Positions 47,205 through 60,820 of a DNA stretch of 64,000 nucleotides are shown one piece after another; within the stretch, counting starts at the first letter, position 1; each line of letters begins with the position of its first letter. Origin of the DNA: Lytechinus pictus. Taxonomy: Eukaryota. The stretch covers positions 13,394,001 through 13,458,000 of the forward strand of contig NC_087252.1 in assembly GCF_037042905.1 (NCBI RefSeq). Reading direction: 5' to 3'. The notes beneath the pieces were generated by a model. It was not told where the DNA came from and searched no databases. It saw nothing but the letters and a program-made list of their open reading frames with translations. The position numbers were made by a program, and so were the translations under genes.

Positions 47205-47600
47205 TAATTATTATTTTTATTTGTTTGGCGTCACCTGTGCCTGGGAGGCGAAAAGCGAACTGAATCACTATGACCCGCAGGTCTCTCCTCCCGATATAAC
47301 TGATTGGGGGGGGGGGGGGGGGTGCAGGTGGACCACTACACCGGGGTTTCCCCCTACTCTTATACGAATAGTGCATTGGGTTCTTAACGTGCAAAGGTGG
47401 TGATTCTCCTCTACACGGGGCCTCCATTTAACGTCCTATCCGAGGGACGGAGTGTTTTCCATTGTAACATAGCCTGCATCTATGAAACATGGGAGAGACG
47501 TTTACACACAACACACTGACTTCAGTCATCCGCCCGGGGTGGACTCGAACCCACGATCTTTGGTTCGACGGGCAGACGCGTTACCAACTGAGCCAACAAC
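47205..47600 (-). mobile_element. Deu-domain-like tRNA SINE, copy 2
   Basis: Reverse complement closely matches 35316-35709. Confidence 0.85.
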
Positions 47601-47813
47601 GAAAAAGGAAAGTGGGAATGTTACATCAGCCTACCCAATGAATATTCATGACGGCATACATATAAATGTTTTCACAAAATATTACTGAACATATTACAAA
47701 TTCAATAACTTCGTTATTTGTTATCAGATTTCCATGAAATTTCCTCATTTTGCTTTTTGAATTTTACTCTGTTTATTGCGATATAAATATTCTAGCCCGG
47801 AGTACCCCTTTAA
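47601..47813. mobile_element. Kolobok-like MITE, one end only
   Basis: Ends agcccggagtacccct-ttaa; similar to the 43100-43252 end. Confidence 0.65.
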
Positions 47814-48808
47814 TTGATGATGTGTTGCGACGTTCTGCGTCCTACTTCCTCTAGTAGATCCGCCTATTTTCTGCTTTCGCCACATCGATCGTACGCAAGA
47901 GGGGGGGGGGGGGTGATGCTCTACTTTCTAGATCTGCCATTTGGTGCAACGGTGAGAAGAGAGCCTTGGCGATCGACATGGATGAGAATGGAATCCCCAC
48001 CTGATACCTTCAACAATATAATAGGCATATCTCTGATATTTCATGTATGCTCGGTGCCTTTGAGGGATGCGCTTTGAGGGAGATACTGGGTAATTCTGTG
48101 CTCAATCTCCTTCATGGTCCGTATGTACAGTCTCTTTGTGGCAGCTCGAGCAAAAGCTTGTGTGTTTGTAATCGTGCATTTCAAAATAAGATTATTTGAG
48201 ATAGATGACACTGTATGACAGGCGCTTTAATATCATATATTATCAATGAGGCTCCGCGTGTTTGCATAACTTGAGTGCTGCTAGGTGGGGCAAACCTCCC
48301 GGATTCTGATGTCCGTCGGTTGTAGGTTTCGTACATCTTTTTAAATATCTGCCCACGAAGAGATGGAACATACGAACTCGCTTATACAGCCAAATACCTG
48401 GCCCTACCGTAGTAAAACCGATACTTTGTGTATAGTCAAAGGTTTGGCCATCGCAATACAGCAAAAATCAATTAATCCTTTTTCATAATCAATAAGGATG
48501 TTCGATAAAAAAACATTAAGTGCTCTGAAAATAAAGTCATGTTTGCATGGTTGAGTGATCTCAGGGCATATAGGTTCATGCTCTATCGCATTCATTCTCT
48601 AATGAGAAGACCCACGTGATTATGGTGTGGCCTATCAAAACCTACATTATATAAGCAGACCTATCAACAGGCCCATGATAGCTGCATAGCATAGGCCGAA
48701 ATATATATTTTGTGACTTTTCGGCTGCTGAGTCCGGCAGAATTAGCGAAAAATAATTATTCTGTTAGAATTAAAAAACAAGTTTAAAGATAAATTTTCCA
48801 GCATTATT

Positions 48809-51279
48809 ATGTCTCGTCTGACACTTCTCGATGACGATCTTGATCGTTATCACGACGTTTATCGGAATGGCTTCTCGAAGATCGCGAAGAAAGACGTTGT
48901 TTTGAAGGAAGTCGCTCAACATTTCGACAACATCGTTTTGAAGAAGATGACTGACGTATTCCAAGCAGAAGATCAATTTAATCTTCTAGGTGTCGGTGTT
49001 GGTGAAGGCACGTAATTTTATTCTGTTTCTCCTCGATTTTCTGGTTCGATTTGAAGAGTTGTATGGGTCTCTGGCTAGGGGCGGATTCCTAATTTACACA
49101 GGGCGAGAGGGGAGCAGCCGGGGACCGATCCACTTTTCGCTCATCGTATATATGATTGGTGAAAAAATGTTCAGAAAATGGTACAAGCATGAAAATTTGC
49201 ACAAAGGTCGGCTAAGTTATTTTAAATATTTTTAGCAGGGGGTGCCAGCGTCAGTTTCCCAAATATAGCAACGGTCACTAGGTAACATATTTACCTTAGT
49301 AACTGAGGTCTATTGGGCTTGAGGAACAGTTTCACAGACAATATGTCACATAAATTTTAATCTGAAGCATATTTCTTTGTATCACAACAGTTTTGATCAA
49401 TTTATTCAGAGCAACGGTTGCTTTCGATAGCAACAATTATCATATTTCAGATCATAAGAGGTCAGGAATTAATTTGGCCCATAGATTCCCTTTGTAATGA
49501 ATGTTTCCATGGCGGATTGCCCGTAATGCCTCCTGGCATTACATTGGTGGTCGCGAAGGTAAATAAGTTACCTAGCAACTGTTGCTATACGAGGAGAGAT
49601 CAGGTTAGCACCCCCAGCTAAAAATGTTCAGCACCATTTACTCTACCTGTCAGCCAATTTTCATGCTTGTACCATAATCTGAACAATTCCTGCTCTTTTT
49701 TGGACCGATATCATCTAGACGAATGGAATTGTTTCAACAACACAACCTGGAAAGTTTGAACGTTGTAATTTTGTTAATTCTTGTCTGATTTTGATGACAT
49801 TTCCCCGGCATTTTCCGTGTCTGATTTAACCTCCTCTGTTCCAATCATGATTTCAGCCTCGTGTAACCTTTAAATAAAGCATTCTAATATTTCCTTAACA
49901 GGCCACTGTGAGTTTCACTTCTTGAAGCGTCTTGGATCTCACTTCAGATCGATTAAAAATGTAGCGGTGGAACCTAATGAAAGCTTATTCAAAGTATTTA
50001 AAGCCGAGACGCAGGCTTGGAGTTCCGATATAGAATCAAATTGTGAATCGCATTACTTCGTTGGCCCTCTCACGCAATTCTTTGATGAAAGCCCCCTGGT
50101 GGATCGTAAGTACAACTTAATTAGCGCTGTGCATTCACTGTACTATACCGGCGACTTGGAAGCGACCTTCATACGACTGATGTCAATGCTTAAAGATGAT
50201 GGAGTTATGGTTATTGTCTTAGCAGGTAGGTTCGAGAACAATATTAACATGTACATGTATATGCCGAGAGCAACAATAATAAAAACACCCACTTTCTGAA
50301 GACGAACATGCATTTGAAATAAGTAACAGAAAGCACTGATTCATGGCTATATTTTTTTCAAATTTTAAAAATTGCACAGTATTAGGCGCTGTTTTAGCAG
50401 AGAAGCGTGTTTGTTCCTTTTTAACCCAATACACGATAAAGTCTTACATACAAATGTAAATAAGGTCCAAGTCCTAAAAAATGTTACATTCTGTATATGT
50501 ATTCAAATATATCGAATGATTGTTTTATTTGTAATTCATGTATATTTCAGTTTGCACTGCAAGAAAAGATGTTTTTAATAAAATCTATTTTATCCATCTA
50601 TAGATGTTAGAATCAACGTATTAATGTCTACCCTGACGTGATTGACAAGTGAAAACAACGTGTTTTCATGACCTCAAGATGAGCTTGTTTTGAGCGAGAG
50701 AGAGAGAGTGGCTTAATAAGAAACCATTAATAACATTCGGAGATACGTGAGATAACGACAAAACAAACAAGAAATAATATAAAAACAACAAAACAACAAC
50801 AATAACATCAAACACAACACAAGCATCATCGGCAACACGTCTGATACTACGATCGACCTCTTTCCACAACCAATCACTGCTTAAAGTTCTTTTTCATTTG
50901 CCATTTTTTGTTTTTCTTGTTAAAAGGACCAAACTTGATCTATCGAACGCACCACAGGAATCCCTGGTTGCCAGCATTCGACCGCTATTCTGCCACACCA
51001 GAAAGTCTTAAAGTCGTTCAGCTGGCCGAAAGAGAAGGATACAAAGTGACCGAATTCGAACTGAATACCAAGTGGGATGTCACTGCTTTATTTGAGGAGA
51101 AATCGGAGTTGGGGGACAAACTTGTCGACTTCTTGACCATGACGGCTTATTTTCGTAAAACGGCACCGGCAGGAAAGCTTGAAGAATTCATGAGGCTTTG
51201 GCGAGAGTCCTGTTTAGAAGGTGAAAATGGACGTCTCCAAACAGAACCCAGGGAGAAGCTTTTCTTCATCACTAAGTAG
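48809..51279 (+). CDS. Histamine N-methyltransferase-like class I SAM methyltransferase (291 aa, 3 exons)
   Basis: Exons 48809-49007, 49902-50225 and 50927-51279 total 876 nt in phase. Motifs: LLGVGVGEG (motif I), AVEPN, KYNLISAVHSLYY, LKDDG, WDVTALF...GDKLVDFLT. Confidence 0.82.
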
Positions 51280-51414
51280 GTGTTAATACTAGATTCTTAA
51301 ATGACTGAACATGTAACATACTTGTGTCGTACTTCCAATTGGCAAATCTATCTCAATCACATCAGGAGTTAATTGGATAAGGAGTACATTATGCCATAAT
51401 GTTGTTAGCGCACA

Positions 51415-51822
51415 TGTGCTCTCGAGGCTTGACTACGGCGGATGCTTAATTGGGGTATCGAATCTAGGAAGACTTCGTTAACAACAATCCCTTCTTATAT
51501 TATTTTCTCCGCTAATCAACAACATACTCTCTTCGTCCTTCATCTGCTCCTTCCAATATTATTCCTTAATCCAGAAAACAGGCCGGCTTCCATTCTCTCC
51601 TGCCCCCTGTCTTCTGAACAAAGTCCCTTCATCTTCTCGAAACATCTCTTCTCTTGACCTCTTCAAAAACATCTTAAAACACACGTCTTGTATATAGCTG
51701 TTAACCTTAACCTGTCTTATGCCTTTAACAGCGCTTTGTATTATCTTGAAAATGCGCTCTATAAATCCAAATTATTATTATCATTATTATTATTATTTTG
51801 AATTTCATTATTATTATTATTA
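51415..51822 (+). mobile_element. Old L2 LINE 3' remnant
   Basis: SRLDY and FKKHLKTH-like remnants; cagcgctttg...gcgctctataaatcc (ATT)n tail. Confidence 0.6.
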
Positions 51823-52099
51823 TGTAAATGGCAGGTCCATCCCAACAAAAAGCTGATTTAAATGAAAAGATAAAAATCAAACAAGCAAGAACGCTGAAAA
51901 TTTCATCAAAAGCGGGTGTAAAATAAGAAGATTATGACATTTCAAAGTTTTGATTAATTGCACAAAACAGAAATGAAATTTTTAATGAAACAACAATGGC
52001 TCCCCTTCCACGATTGCATGAATAAATTGTGTTTCATCGGAACGTTATCGTATTGTGTTTTACTTGCAAGTAACTCTCATTGTTTCAACGCTACTAAGA

Positions 52100-52375
52100 A
52101 AAATCGGTTAAACTTTGCACCTTTAAAAGGCGTATGACACGATGTCACATTGGGAGCACCTTTAAGGTGCAACTTATACCTTTTCGGAAATGTGCAACTT
52201 TGCACCTCTCCGAAAGGTGCAAAGTTGCACATATAAGGTGCAGAATCGCACCCCAAAGGTTCTTATTTGCACCTTCAAGGGAAGTACATGTACAAAGTTG
52301 TACCGTTCCAAAAAGATACAAGGTTCCACCGTAAAGGTGCTCCCAGTGTGACATCTAGTCTGCACCTTTAAAGAA
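52100..52375. repeat. Palindromic tgcacct/aggtgca-rich element
   Basis: gatgtcacattgggagcacctttaaggtg ... aggtgctcccagtgtgacatc; related motifs at 55430-55510. Confidence 0.6.
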
Positions 52376-52566
52376 TTGAACCTATTAAGACGGCCAATGA
52401 TCCAACTTGCCTCGCCAGTTTTCCTATTAGGATACCATCGTGCCTAGCTGGCCGTCCAAATTCATCTGTTTGGCCAAATTTTCAGGTGGTTACGGAATTC
52501 TTATCTGATGCACATAATCAGAGTCAGTGATTTCTAACTCTACCTCCAATTCCGTATAATAATTAA

Positions 52567-54031
52567 AGGAAAATGGAACATTTGGAACAAGAAAGCTTGT
52601 GTGAAAACAGAAAAAAAAAACAGATCAACGAAAGTTTGAGAAAAATTGGATAAATAATTAGAAAGTTATGAGCATGCGATCCTTAATGCTATGGAGATCC
52701 TCTAATTGGCAATGCGATAAAGATGTGTGATGTCACTTGTGAACAACTCTCTCATTACTTTAGTATATATTTCGTTTAAACTGCCTCTTTTATCACATCT
52801 ATCAGTAGATCATGTATTCTTTCTACAGTGCGTCTCAAAAGAAACTATACACTTTTGAAATGGCTGCCAAACAAAAAAACATGTCACTTTGGGGAAAAAT
52901 ACCTATATATATGGAAAGCGAATAAAGTAAACTTTCAAATGACACCAAAAAGTTGGAAAACTGTTCATGCTTGAGTGAGCACTACCCACTTAAACAAAGG
53001 GTATGAAAATTAGGGTAGGCAGGAATTAGCCTTCCATTTTCTTTCAGTTTTTGAGAGGCGAGTCCCTTGGAACTTGCAAAGTTGAGGGTGTTGTGATAAA
53101 TTAATGATCAATTTAAATTGTTAGAGCAAATTTCATGAATTACTAAATTGAAATTTAATGCATGCGTGAGTGTCAGTTGTAATCTTTAGTGCAGCATTTT
53201 AACTTTTTATCATGTGGATCTAAGCAGTGTGTTTATTGAAGTAAGGAGAATAGGGGTGAGATAGGACTTAAGTGGGTGAAGTATGCTATTGGGTAAAAGG
53301 TCAACAGAATGTTTAGCCTCCCTTAGATCGAGACTGAATGCTATTACATGTACGCATAAAGTCCAGAGCGTACTGTCAATTTGATAAATTTTGAGAATTC
53401 GGTCATCAACTTTTACCATTTGATCAACAATTTGTTAGTAAATCAACTCAATCAATGTGATCAATTAAACATTCAGCTTTTTCAATAAATTATCAATCAA
53501 TTTTTCAGCTTTTTCAATGAATTCATAAATCATCATAATAAGTAAATTTCTTAGAATCATTCAATGGAAAATAAAAGACCCATCAGCCATCAGTCACTTA
53601 ACATTTAAGTTTTGAATACCATGATCCAGGAGAAAGAAAGAGGGGGTGAAGGGGAGGGAATTTGTAAGAGAACACAAAGAAGAAGAATTCCCTTATAACT
53701 GTTTAACCCAGTCTTACCCTAGCTGACCCCGTAGTCCCCGTTACATGCAAAAGGTACCATCACATTACTCTGACTCTCATAAGCACATTGCTAAGATCCA
53801 CGTAATAAACTTAAAATGCTACACTAAAATTAAAATTCCTGTTTACTCATTTCAATTTAGTAACTCATGAAATTAGCCTAAGAAACCAAAAACTGATCTC
53901 AATTCATCAATAATTTAGCATTACACCTTTAATTTGGCAAGTTCCAAAGGACTCACCTCTAACCAAAACTGGAAGGCTAATTCCTGCTCACCCTAGCAAA
54001 GGCTAGTCTCTCAGGATGGGAGGAAGGGGTA

Positions 54032-54077
<46 letters not shown>

Positions 54078-54875
54078 TGGCTAAGTGTTCTGTTGGCCTT
54101 TGTCCCATCAACCTACTTCCCCACCTAAGTCCTGTCTCATCCTTATTTTGACTCCCATTGACACAATTGCTGAGATCCACGTGAAAAGGTAAAAATGATG
54201 CACTAAAAAATGTAATTCATGTTCACTCATGCATTAAATTTAAATTTGATAATTCTTAAAATTAGCTCTAAGAACCTAAATTAATAATGATTGATCATTA
54301 ATTTATCACAACACCCTCAACTTTGCAAGTTCCAGGGGACTCGCCTCTCAAAAACTGAAAGAAATTGGAAGGCTAATTCCTGCCCACCCTAATTTTCATA
54401 CCCTTTGTTTAAGTGGGTAGTGCTCACTTAAGCATGAATAATTTTCCAACTTTTTGGTGTCATTTGAAAGTTTACTTTATTCGCTTTTCATATATATAGG
54501 TATTTTTCCCCAAGGTGACATATTTTTTGTTTGGCAGCCATTTCAAAAGTGTATAGTTTTTTTTGAGACGCACTGTATAGGAGGGCAAGTAATACAGATT
54601 TTCAAAGATAAAGAGTTTGTATCACCATAAGAAAGAACAAACAGAGACATTTCTGGGGTATTTCATAGTCCATCAAAGGGAAAGTTGTTCACATGTGACA
54701 TCACACATCTTTGTCGCATTGCCAATGGGAAGATCCCCATAGCATTATTGATCGCCATATTCAAATGCTCATTACTTTCTCATTATTTGTCCGATTTTTC
54801 TCAAACTTTTTTTTCTCCTTCTTTGATTTTTCTCTTTCAACACAAGCCCACTTGTTCCAAAGGTTTCATTTTTCT
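52567..54875. mobile_element. Kolobok-like MITE hosting a Tc1/mariner-like element
   Basis: TTAA at 52563-52566 and 54876-54879; ends aggaaaatggaacatttggaacaag / cttgttccaaaggtttcatttttct. Confidence 0.8.
52826..54575. mobile_element. Non-autonomous Tc1/mariner-like element with long (>300 bp) TIRs
   Basis: TA-CAGTGcgtctcaaaa ... ttttgagacgCACTG-TA; arms mirror each other; internal partial duplicate at 53700-53995. Confidence 0.88.
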
Positions 54876-55959
54876 TTAATTGGCACGAAAAGGAATGGTG
54901 ATTGTGTGTATGAGGAAACACACATATAATTGCAACGTTTGGTTCCCTGTAAAGCTCAATGAAACAGTTAATAAAATGATTATCTTTGTCAAATGACGTG
55001 ATTCCCCCCCCAAAAAAAAATGCTTAGACCACTTTTCTGACAATAACTTTTCCCCAAAACAGTCATGACAACCGTAACAAGTTCATAATATTTGAATTGT
55101 GCAATTTTTGTTAATTCACAGACCCCTCAACACGTACGATTTCAAGTAGATTTTTTCAAGATGCTGTAAACTCTATACGACATTATTTAGGAGCAATTTC
55201 GCTCGTAATTTTTTTTATTTTTATTGTCATTACGCGTATAAAAGACGCACGCTCTTACCATGGACCTATTCCATGCTCTTACACACAAACAAGAACAAGT
55301 ATCTTTTCATTGTCGAGCACGTTCAACTTTGATAAGGATGAAGTATGACAGGAACGTAGACTATACACGAGGTTCAAACTTGCACCCCAATCACCCCTGC
55401 GGGCCTGCACAGGCGCAGTGGCGAGAGAAAGGTGCAACTATACTCGAATACTCGCTCTGCACCTTTTCCCGCAAAGTTGCACCTTTCTTGCACCCCTATT
55501 CCTTAGTGTAGATATGCAACAAAAGATAACTTGGTCACCCTAAAAACTCATACCGAAAGTTTTATACACTCTAATTTTACTTTGGAATAACATGCCATTG
55601 ACATAAAGCAATCACAATCTCTTTCCCTTTTTAAACGAAAAATGAAAGTTTGTCTTTATTATTCCAATCACTCCGTCTTTTTACTGACGCTTCCTTTAAC
55701 TGTGAATTTAAATCATTGTTATTGATTTTAGTTGACGGAAAATAAGTACAATGCAATAATTTTGAACATTGAGTTTTATTGTTGCTTGATAAATGATATT
55801 GAAATCAATCATTTAGGCCTTTCTACTTAATCTGCTTTATTCATGTAATGCGTTGTATGTGATTTTGGTTGTTCATTATTTTCCATGATTATTTTTTTCA
55901 TTTTTCACTTGGTAAATTACGACATATCCTAAATAAAAACCTATTAAATATATTTTATA

Positions 55960-56420
55960 AATAAAATATACAACACTGTTTTGATTATGCAATATCGGTC
56001 TGGGGATATAAAATTGGTTCTAATGCTTTCTCAAAACTTTACAGACTTCAGAAACGAGCTGCCCGATACGTTACTGGTAATTTCGATTTTATAAATTATA
56101 GTGGGGAACAGATTGTTAAGGATATTAAATGGACATCTATTGAAGAAAGAAGGGACTATTTTTTTAGCAAACTTAATGTATAAATGTATTCACGGAATAT
56201 CCCCATCTCGTTTATGCAATAATATTGAAATGGTTTGTGAAAGACATGTTAGAACACGTAATTATAATACACTAAATGTTGTTCCCTTAAACATGTTAAA
56301 CCTTATATTGAATGCTTCAAGAATTCTCCGGCGCCAGGCTGCACGGGTCTGGAATAATTTGCCAGATTCACTTAAGAATGCAATTTCAGTAAATTCTTAC
56401 AAATTATCCTTTAAAAATGT
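55960..56420 (+). mobile_element. Degenerate CR1/L2-group LINE 3' fragment
   Basis: DYAISVWG, LQRLQKRAARYVTG, LMYKCIHG, VWNNLP with frameshifts; probable 3' UTR and tail continue to about 58380. Confidence 0.75.
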
Positions 56421-57019
56421 ATTTCCTATGATACTATGTCAAATTTCACCTCACAATGGCTGTCATACACAATTACAACGAGCAAATGAATGCATATCTA
56501 TTCTTCACCTCTCCTTACTACCGATATTCCTATACCCTTCAGTTCTTTCCGGATAGTATTTGTAATCCAATGAATTTGTCTTTAATAACCCTTACTTATA
56601 TTTTATTTATTGTCATATACAATTCCCTTATTCCTCTTTAACATTGATGTCACGTTGCTATTATTTGTAATGATCTTAACCCTTTGATATTGTATAGTTT
56701 TAGACATACATTTATAACTGATTGTCGTTGTTTCACTCGATTTTCTATAATGCCATAATTATTTCATTACTATCATTTCAGTGTTTTTTTTATCAGTGAA
56801 TAAATTATACAATTAGTTATTTTATAATTAGTAATTGTTCCCTTTTGATAAATTAAATATTACAGTTTAATTCATATTATCATTTAAGTAAAAATATGTT
56901 TATTTATGTTACCAAGCATTGCTATATTTGACTTAGATTTTGACTTTATTTTCATGTATGATATGATGATTTATGTTGTTTTTCATGTACTTCCTTTACT
57001 TCCTTTGTTGTGTTTCATT

Positions 57020-58110
57020 TACTTCCTTACTCACGCTCTACTCTTCTTTAGTATTACCATATCTTCACTACGGTCTTCTTATATGGGGAAACACACATCA
57101 AACTTTACTTAACAGGATTTTATTGCTGGAAAAGAAAGCACTTCGAATTGTTTTTTCTTCTCACGTACGTTCCCACACTGATCCTATTTTTTTCGAAAAC
57201 AAAATTTTGAAGATCAGTGATCTTTACCTACTCCAGCTTGGCCAATTTATGTACCAATACAATAATAATATGCTTCCTTTTATTTTTCATGACATGTTCT
57301 TAAAGAACAGCTCCTCACACAATTACCCTACTAGACGTCGCGATGATCTTCATTTGCCTATGCTTAGAACGCTGTTCGCCCAAAATACATTTATATATAG
57401 GGGCCCAAAATTTTGGAACTCTTCACCCTGATATCCAGTTTTCCCCTTCCTTATTTCATTTAAAAGAAAATTAAAATTCATTTTGTTGCAGTCTTACAAA
57501 ACCTCACATTGATTCCTTTACCTCTTTATTTATTTATTGTTTACCTGTTTACAGGTTACCCTCGGTGATTGTGTGAGATTGACTACACTTCTCTCATTCT
57601 CTCTTTGCCTTTCTCTTTCTCCATTTCTCCCTTCTTCTGATTTTCGCAGTTTGTGCAGCAATGTTTGTTTATTTTTACTCTGTTATGTTGTGTGTCTTAT
57701 TTTTTGTTGTTGTTGTTTTGTTTTGTTGTGTCTTCATGTCTTTTTTTGTCTCTGCTCACCTTTTAATATTAATTTCCTTTATTATAATTATTTTTTTTAT
57801 ATCTTTATTTCATTATCTATTTGTATTGCTGTTTGCTTTTGGCCCATATAGATTTAAGTGTTATACTTTTTTTTCTTCTTGAGTGGTCCACACTTAACAA
57901 GCTTTGCTTTTCAGTGGGCCACTCCATTTTTCCAACATATCTTGCATATTGTTATTATCAAATTGGAAATATTATCTTCTGTATCAGGTGTATATTCTTT
58001 ATAATTGAATATTTATGTCATTTATATTTTCTGATGTTATGTTTTATTTATTGTAATTATTGCATTATAAATTTTGTTGGAAAAATGAATAAATAATTAA
58101 TGAATAAATT
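57020..58110 (+). mobile_element. CR1/L2-group LINE 3' fragment with UTR stem-loop
   Basis: LYSSLVLPYLHYGLLIWG...KKALRIV...SHTDPIF...GPKFWNS; hairpin gagtggtccac...gtgggccactc at 57881-57924; (AATA)n tail. Confidence 0.82.
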
Positions 58111-58418
58111 ATGTTTTCATGCTGATCTTTTGTACCTGAATAAATAAATAAATAAATAAATAGAGTTTGAATTATTTAGAATGATGTCATATAATCGCCA
58201 CTTTGTAGTTTTCTCTCATGATATTAGTTATTAGTTATTTATACCAATAATTTTGTATATTTTCACGTGTATTTTCTCTGTGTTTATAATTTCTAATCAA
58301 TGTATTTAAGGGTGCCACGGGAGACGAGTTTTAATATTGCCGAGTATGCTACCCTGGTGATATTTGAGATAAATAAAACAACAATATTTCATACTTCATA
58401 GGGAAAATTCCTGTACCG

Positions 58419-58593
58419 GGTGGGTGTTTCATAAAGCTGTTCGTAAGTTAAGAGCGACTTTAAGAACGACTGGTGATCCTTTCTTGTGGAAAATGGTTTA
58501 TTCATTGGCGATGGTTAAGTGCGTAAGAAAGGTTAACCAGTCGTTCTTATCAAAAGTCGCTCTTAACTTACGAACAGCTTTATGAAACGGCCC
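58419..58593. mobile_element. Harbinger-like palindromic MITE
   Basis: gtttcataaagctgttcgtaagttaagagcgacttt / aaagtcgctcttaacttacgaacagctttatgaaac. Confidence 0.85.
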
Positions 58594-59028
58594 CCGGTTC
58601 TCTTTATATGATATCTATTTCATAGTTTATGTCATCGGTTCGTGTCAAGAGCACAATAATCAGTCAGTCACACGAACAAACCCAACTATACCGACAAAAT
58701 ATATATAACGTTGTTTTATATAACTTTTTTTTCAGTGACATACAATCGAGCAGTTTTGGTCAGTGCATTTGGTGTGGCTGTGACATAAAAGCTCATATAA
58801 GTCCATACAAAAAGGTTTTGTGGTGTCTGAATAGATTTAAAGGAGAAATATATTGATTATGAATATGGCCTTATTATATATCAGTGGAAAGGTCATGATG
58901 TGGGGATTATCATTTGGTCATTCAAAAATAACGAAAGAAATACATAAGGTGGAAATCGCCAATTAAAAAACGCTAAAATGCCTCTCCGAAATACGCCTCC
59001 CATCGGTCTCTGAGCTGACTCGAATTTG

Positions 59029-59643
59029 ATGACGTGTATGAGTGTACGAGAGACGTGATTCGCTCTCCCACGTCAAGCTCCACTTGCATGCAAAACCTGT
59101 CGCGAGGGTACGTTTTCTCCACACTGTCACTGAATACTTCGATCCCGAAATCAAGAAAACCCAGAAGTTTATCTAGATTTTGGATTTTCAAATTGATGAT
59201 TTTGAAGATGAAGAGAATGATGATGAAGTTTCTAGCTCTAGTGACGTGGATGGAGGTAATTTAGGGGAATTACGTCTATGATGATGATTTTCATGGATAT
59301 TTTGGCCCGCGATAGGCCTACGAGCAGCTAGCACTAGTAGCAGCTGCATGAGTTGGTAGCGAATCTGCATGCAAGTTGAATTGTCCGACTCATCATCATA
59401 GACGTAATTCCCCTAATTTACCTCCATCCACGTCACTAGAGCTAGAAACTTCATCATCATTCTCTTCATCTTCAAAATCATCAATTTGAAAATCCAAAAT
59501 CTAGATAAACTTCTGGGTTTTCTTGATTTCGGGATCGAAGTATTCAGTGACAGTGTGGAGGAAACGTACCCTCGCAACAGGTTTTGCATGCAAGTGGAGC
59601 TTGACGTGGGAGAGTACGTCTCTCGTACACTTATACACGTCAT
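59029..59643. repeat. Near-perfect inverted repeat (arms about 255 bp, spacer about 100 bp)
   Basis: 59029-59287 is the reverse complement of 59390-59643 with only a few differences. Confidence 0.95.
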
Positions 59644-60820
59644 AAAAAAAAACTCAATTTCGCGGACGTAATTGAGCGTGTTTGAAGCATTCAGAGAGAG
59701 AACTTTAAGCTATCAAGTGAGTTTCATCGGTCTCCATGATAAATGATGTACACCATCGTGTTCTTCTTATTGTCCCCTTTAATTTGATATATAATTCTTC
59801 ATTTTTATGATTTTCAATATATTTCTACTTTAAGTAAGTTTATATGCTAGTAATAAAATTAATATTACTCCATCATAAGGAAACAAATATACAGCCCGTA
59901 TCAATAACACGTTTATAGTTTGAAATCGTCCTGGCAATTGAAAATACTTATGGAGGTAATTTTTTCACATACTTTCTTGTGCTTCAGTCTCTTCTATCAG
60001 AAGACCGTATGATTATTTATAAGATATGACGCTTTCAGAGTGAGCATTATTCGTTTTCGTGAAGCTCACTGAAATTGATCTGCGGAAAACGCCGAATTTT
60101 ACGCTGAAGACATAGATTACAATCTCACCGACCTGTACATTTCTCAATCAATGAAAGAAAATGTTACATTGCAACTTGTTTGGACAACTTTGCTACCAAA
60201 TTGACATTTTAACTTTATAGTTATGCCTGATGACTTCGAGCTTGTTTAAGGTTACGGATCTCAGGACATTGTAAGCATTTTTAAATTTTTAAGTTTTTCC
60301 TTTAGATATGTGGATACGGCCTAAGGAATTTACATTACCGTATACTTCATTTCACAGTTACATTCGTACAGTTTCCCATCAAAGCATGATTTTAGGGGGA
60401 GGGGCAATTTCTTGTGGTTCATTTATACGTAAAGCAGATGTATCGCGATATACTAGAATTAGGAAGGGGATGAGGCTTGTGGAATGAGTAAGACAAGGAG
60501 AAAAGTTGATAAAACGAAAATCATCTTTAAATCTTTAAATCAATCTACAGAACCAAAGTGCATGTGCTCTTAATGACTTACTTCCTCTTTCGTCTATTTA
60601 ACCATTTCCAGTTTTTGCGCAAGTCAGTCTTTTTTCTTGAACTTTTTAACAGGATATGGTGCCTTCTCAAGCGAAAACTTTTTTTGGGGGGTGACACGAC
60701 AGTTGCTCCTGCGACATTTGATCCGGTCTCGATTTCTCAGAGGGGTTAGGATTGTGATAGAGTCTTTGATTCGAATTATTAAATCAAAATTAAAGCCCCA
60801 ATATATCAATGTTGGAATTA

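Noticed and set aside
25794..47600. tRNA genes suggested by box A/B motifs
   Set aside because: Each continues into a shared SINE body and tail and lacks a convincing acceptor stem
47815..48160. GC-balanced stretch resembling coding sequence
   Set aside because: Short frames, no recognisable motif and no consistent splice sites
49891..49901. U12 branch consensus TTCCTTAAC at the HNMT-like intron 1 acceptor
   Set aside because: It abuts the AG, and there is no RTATCCTT donor at the end of exon 1
50290..50330. Hammerhead-like CTGAAGA...GAAA
   Set aside because: Stem II is weak and no stem I/III with a cleavage triplet could be formed
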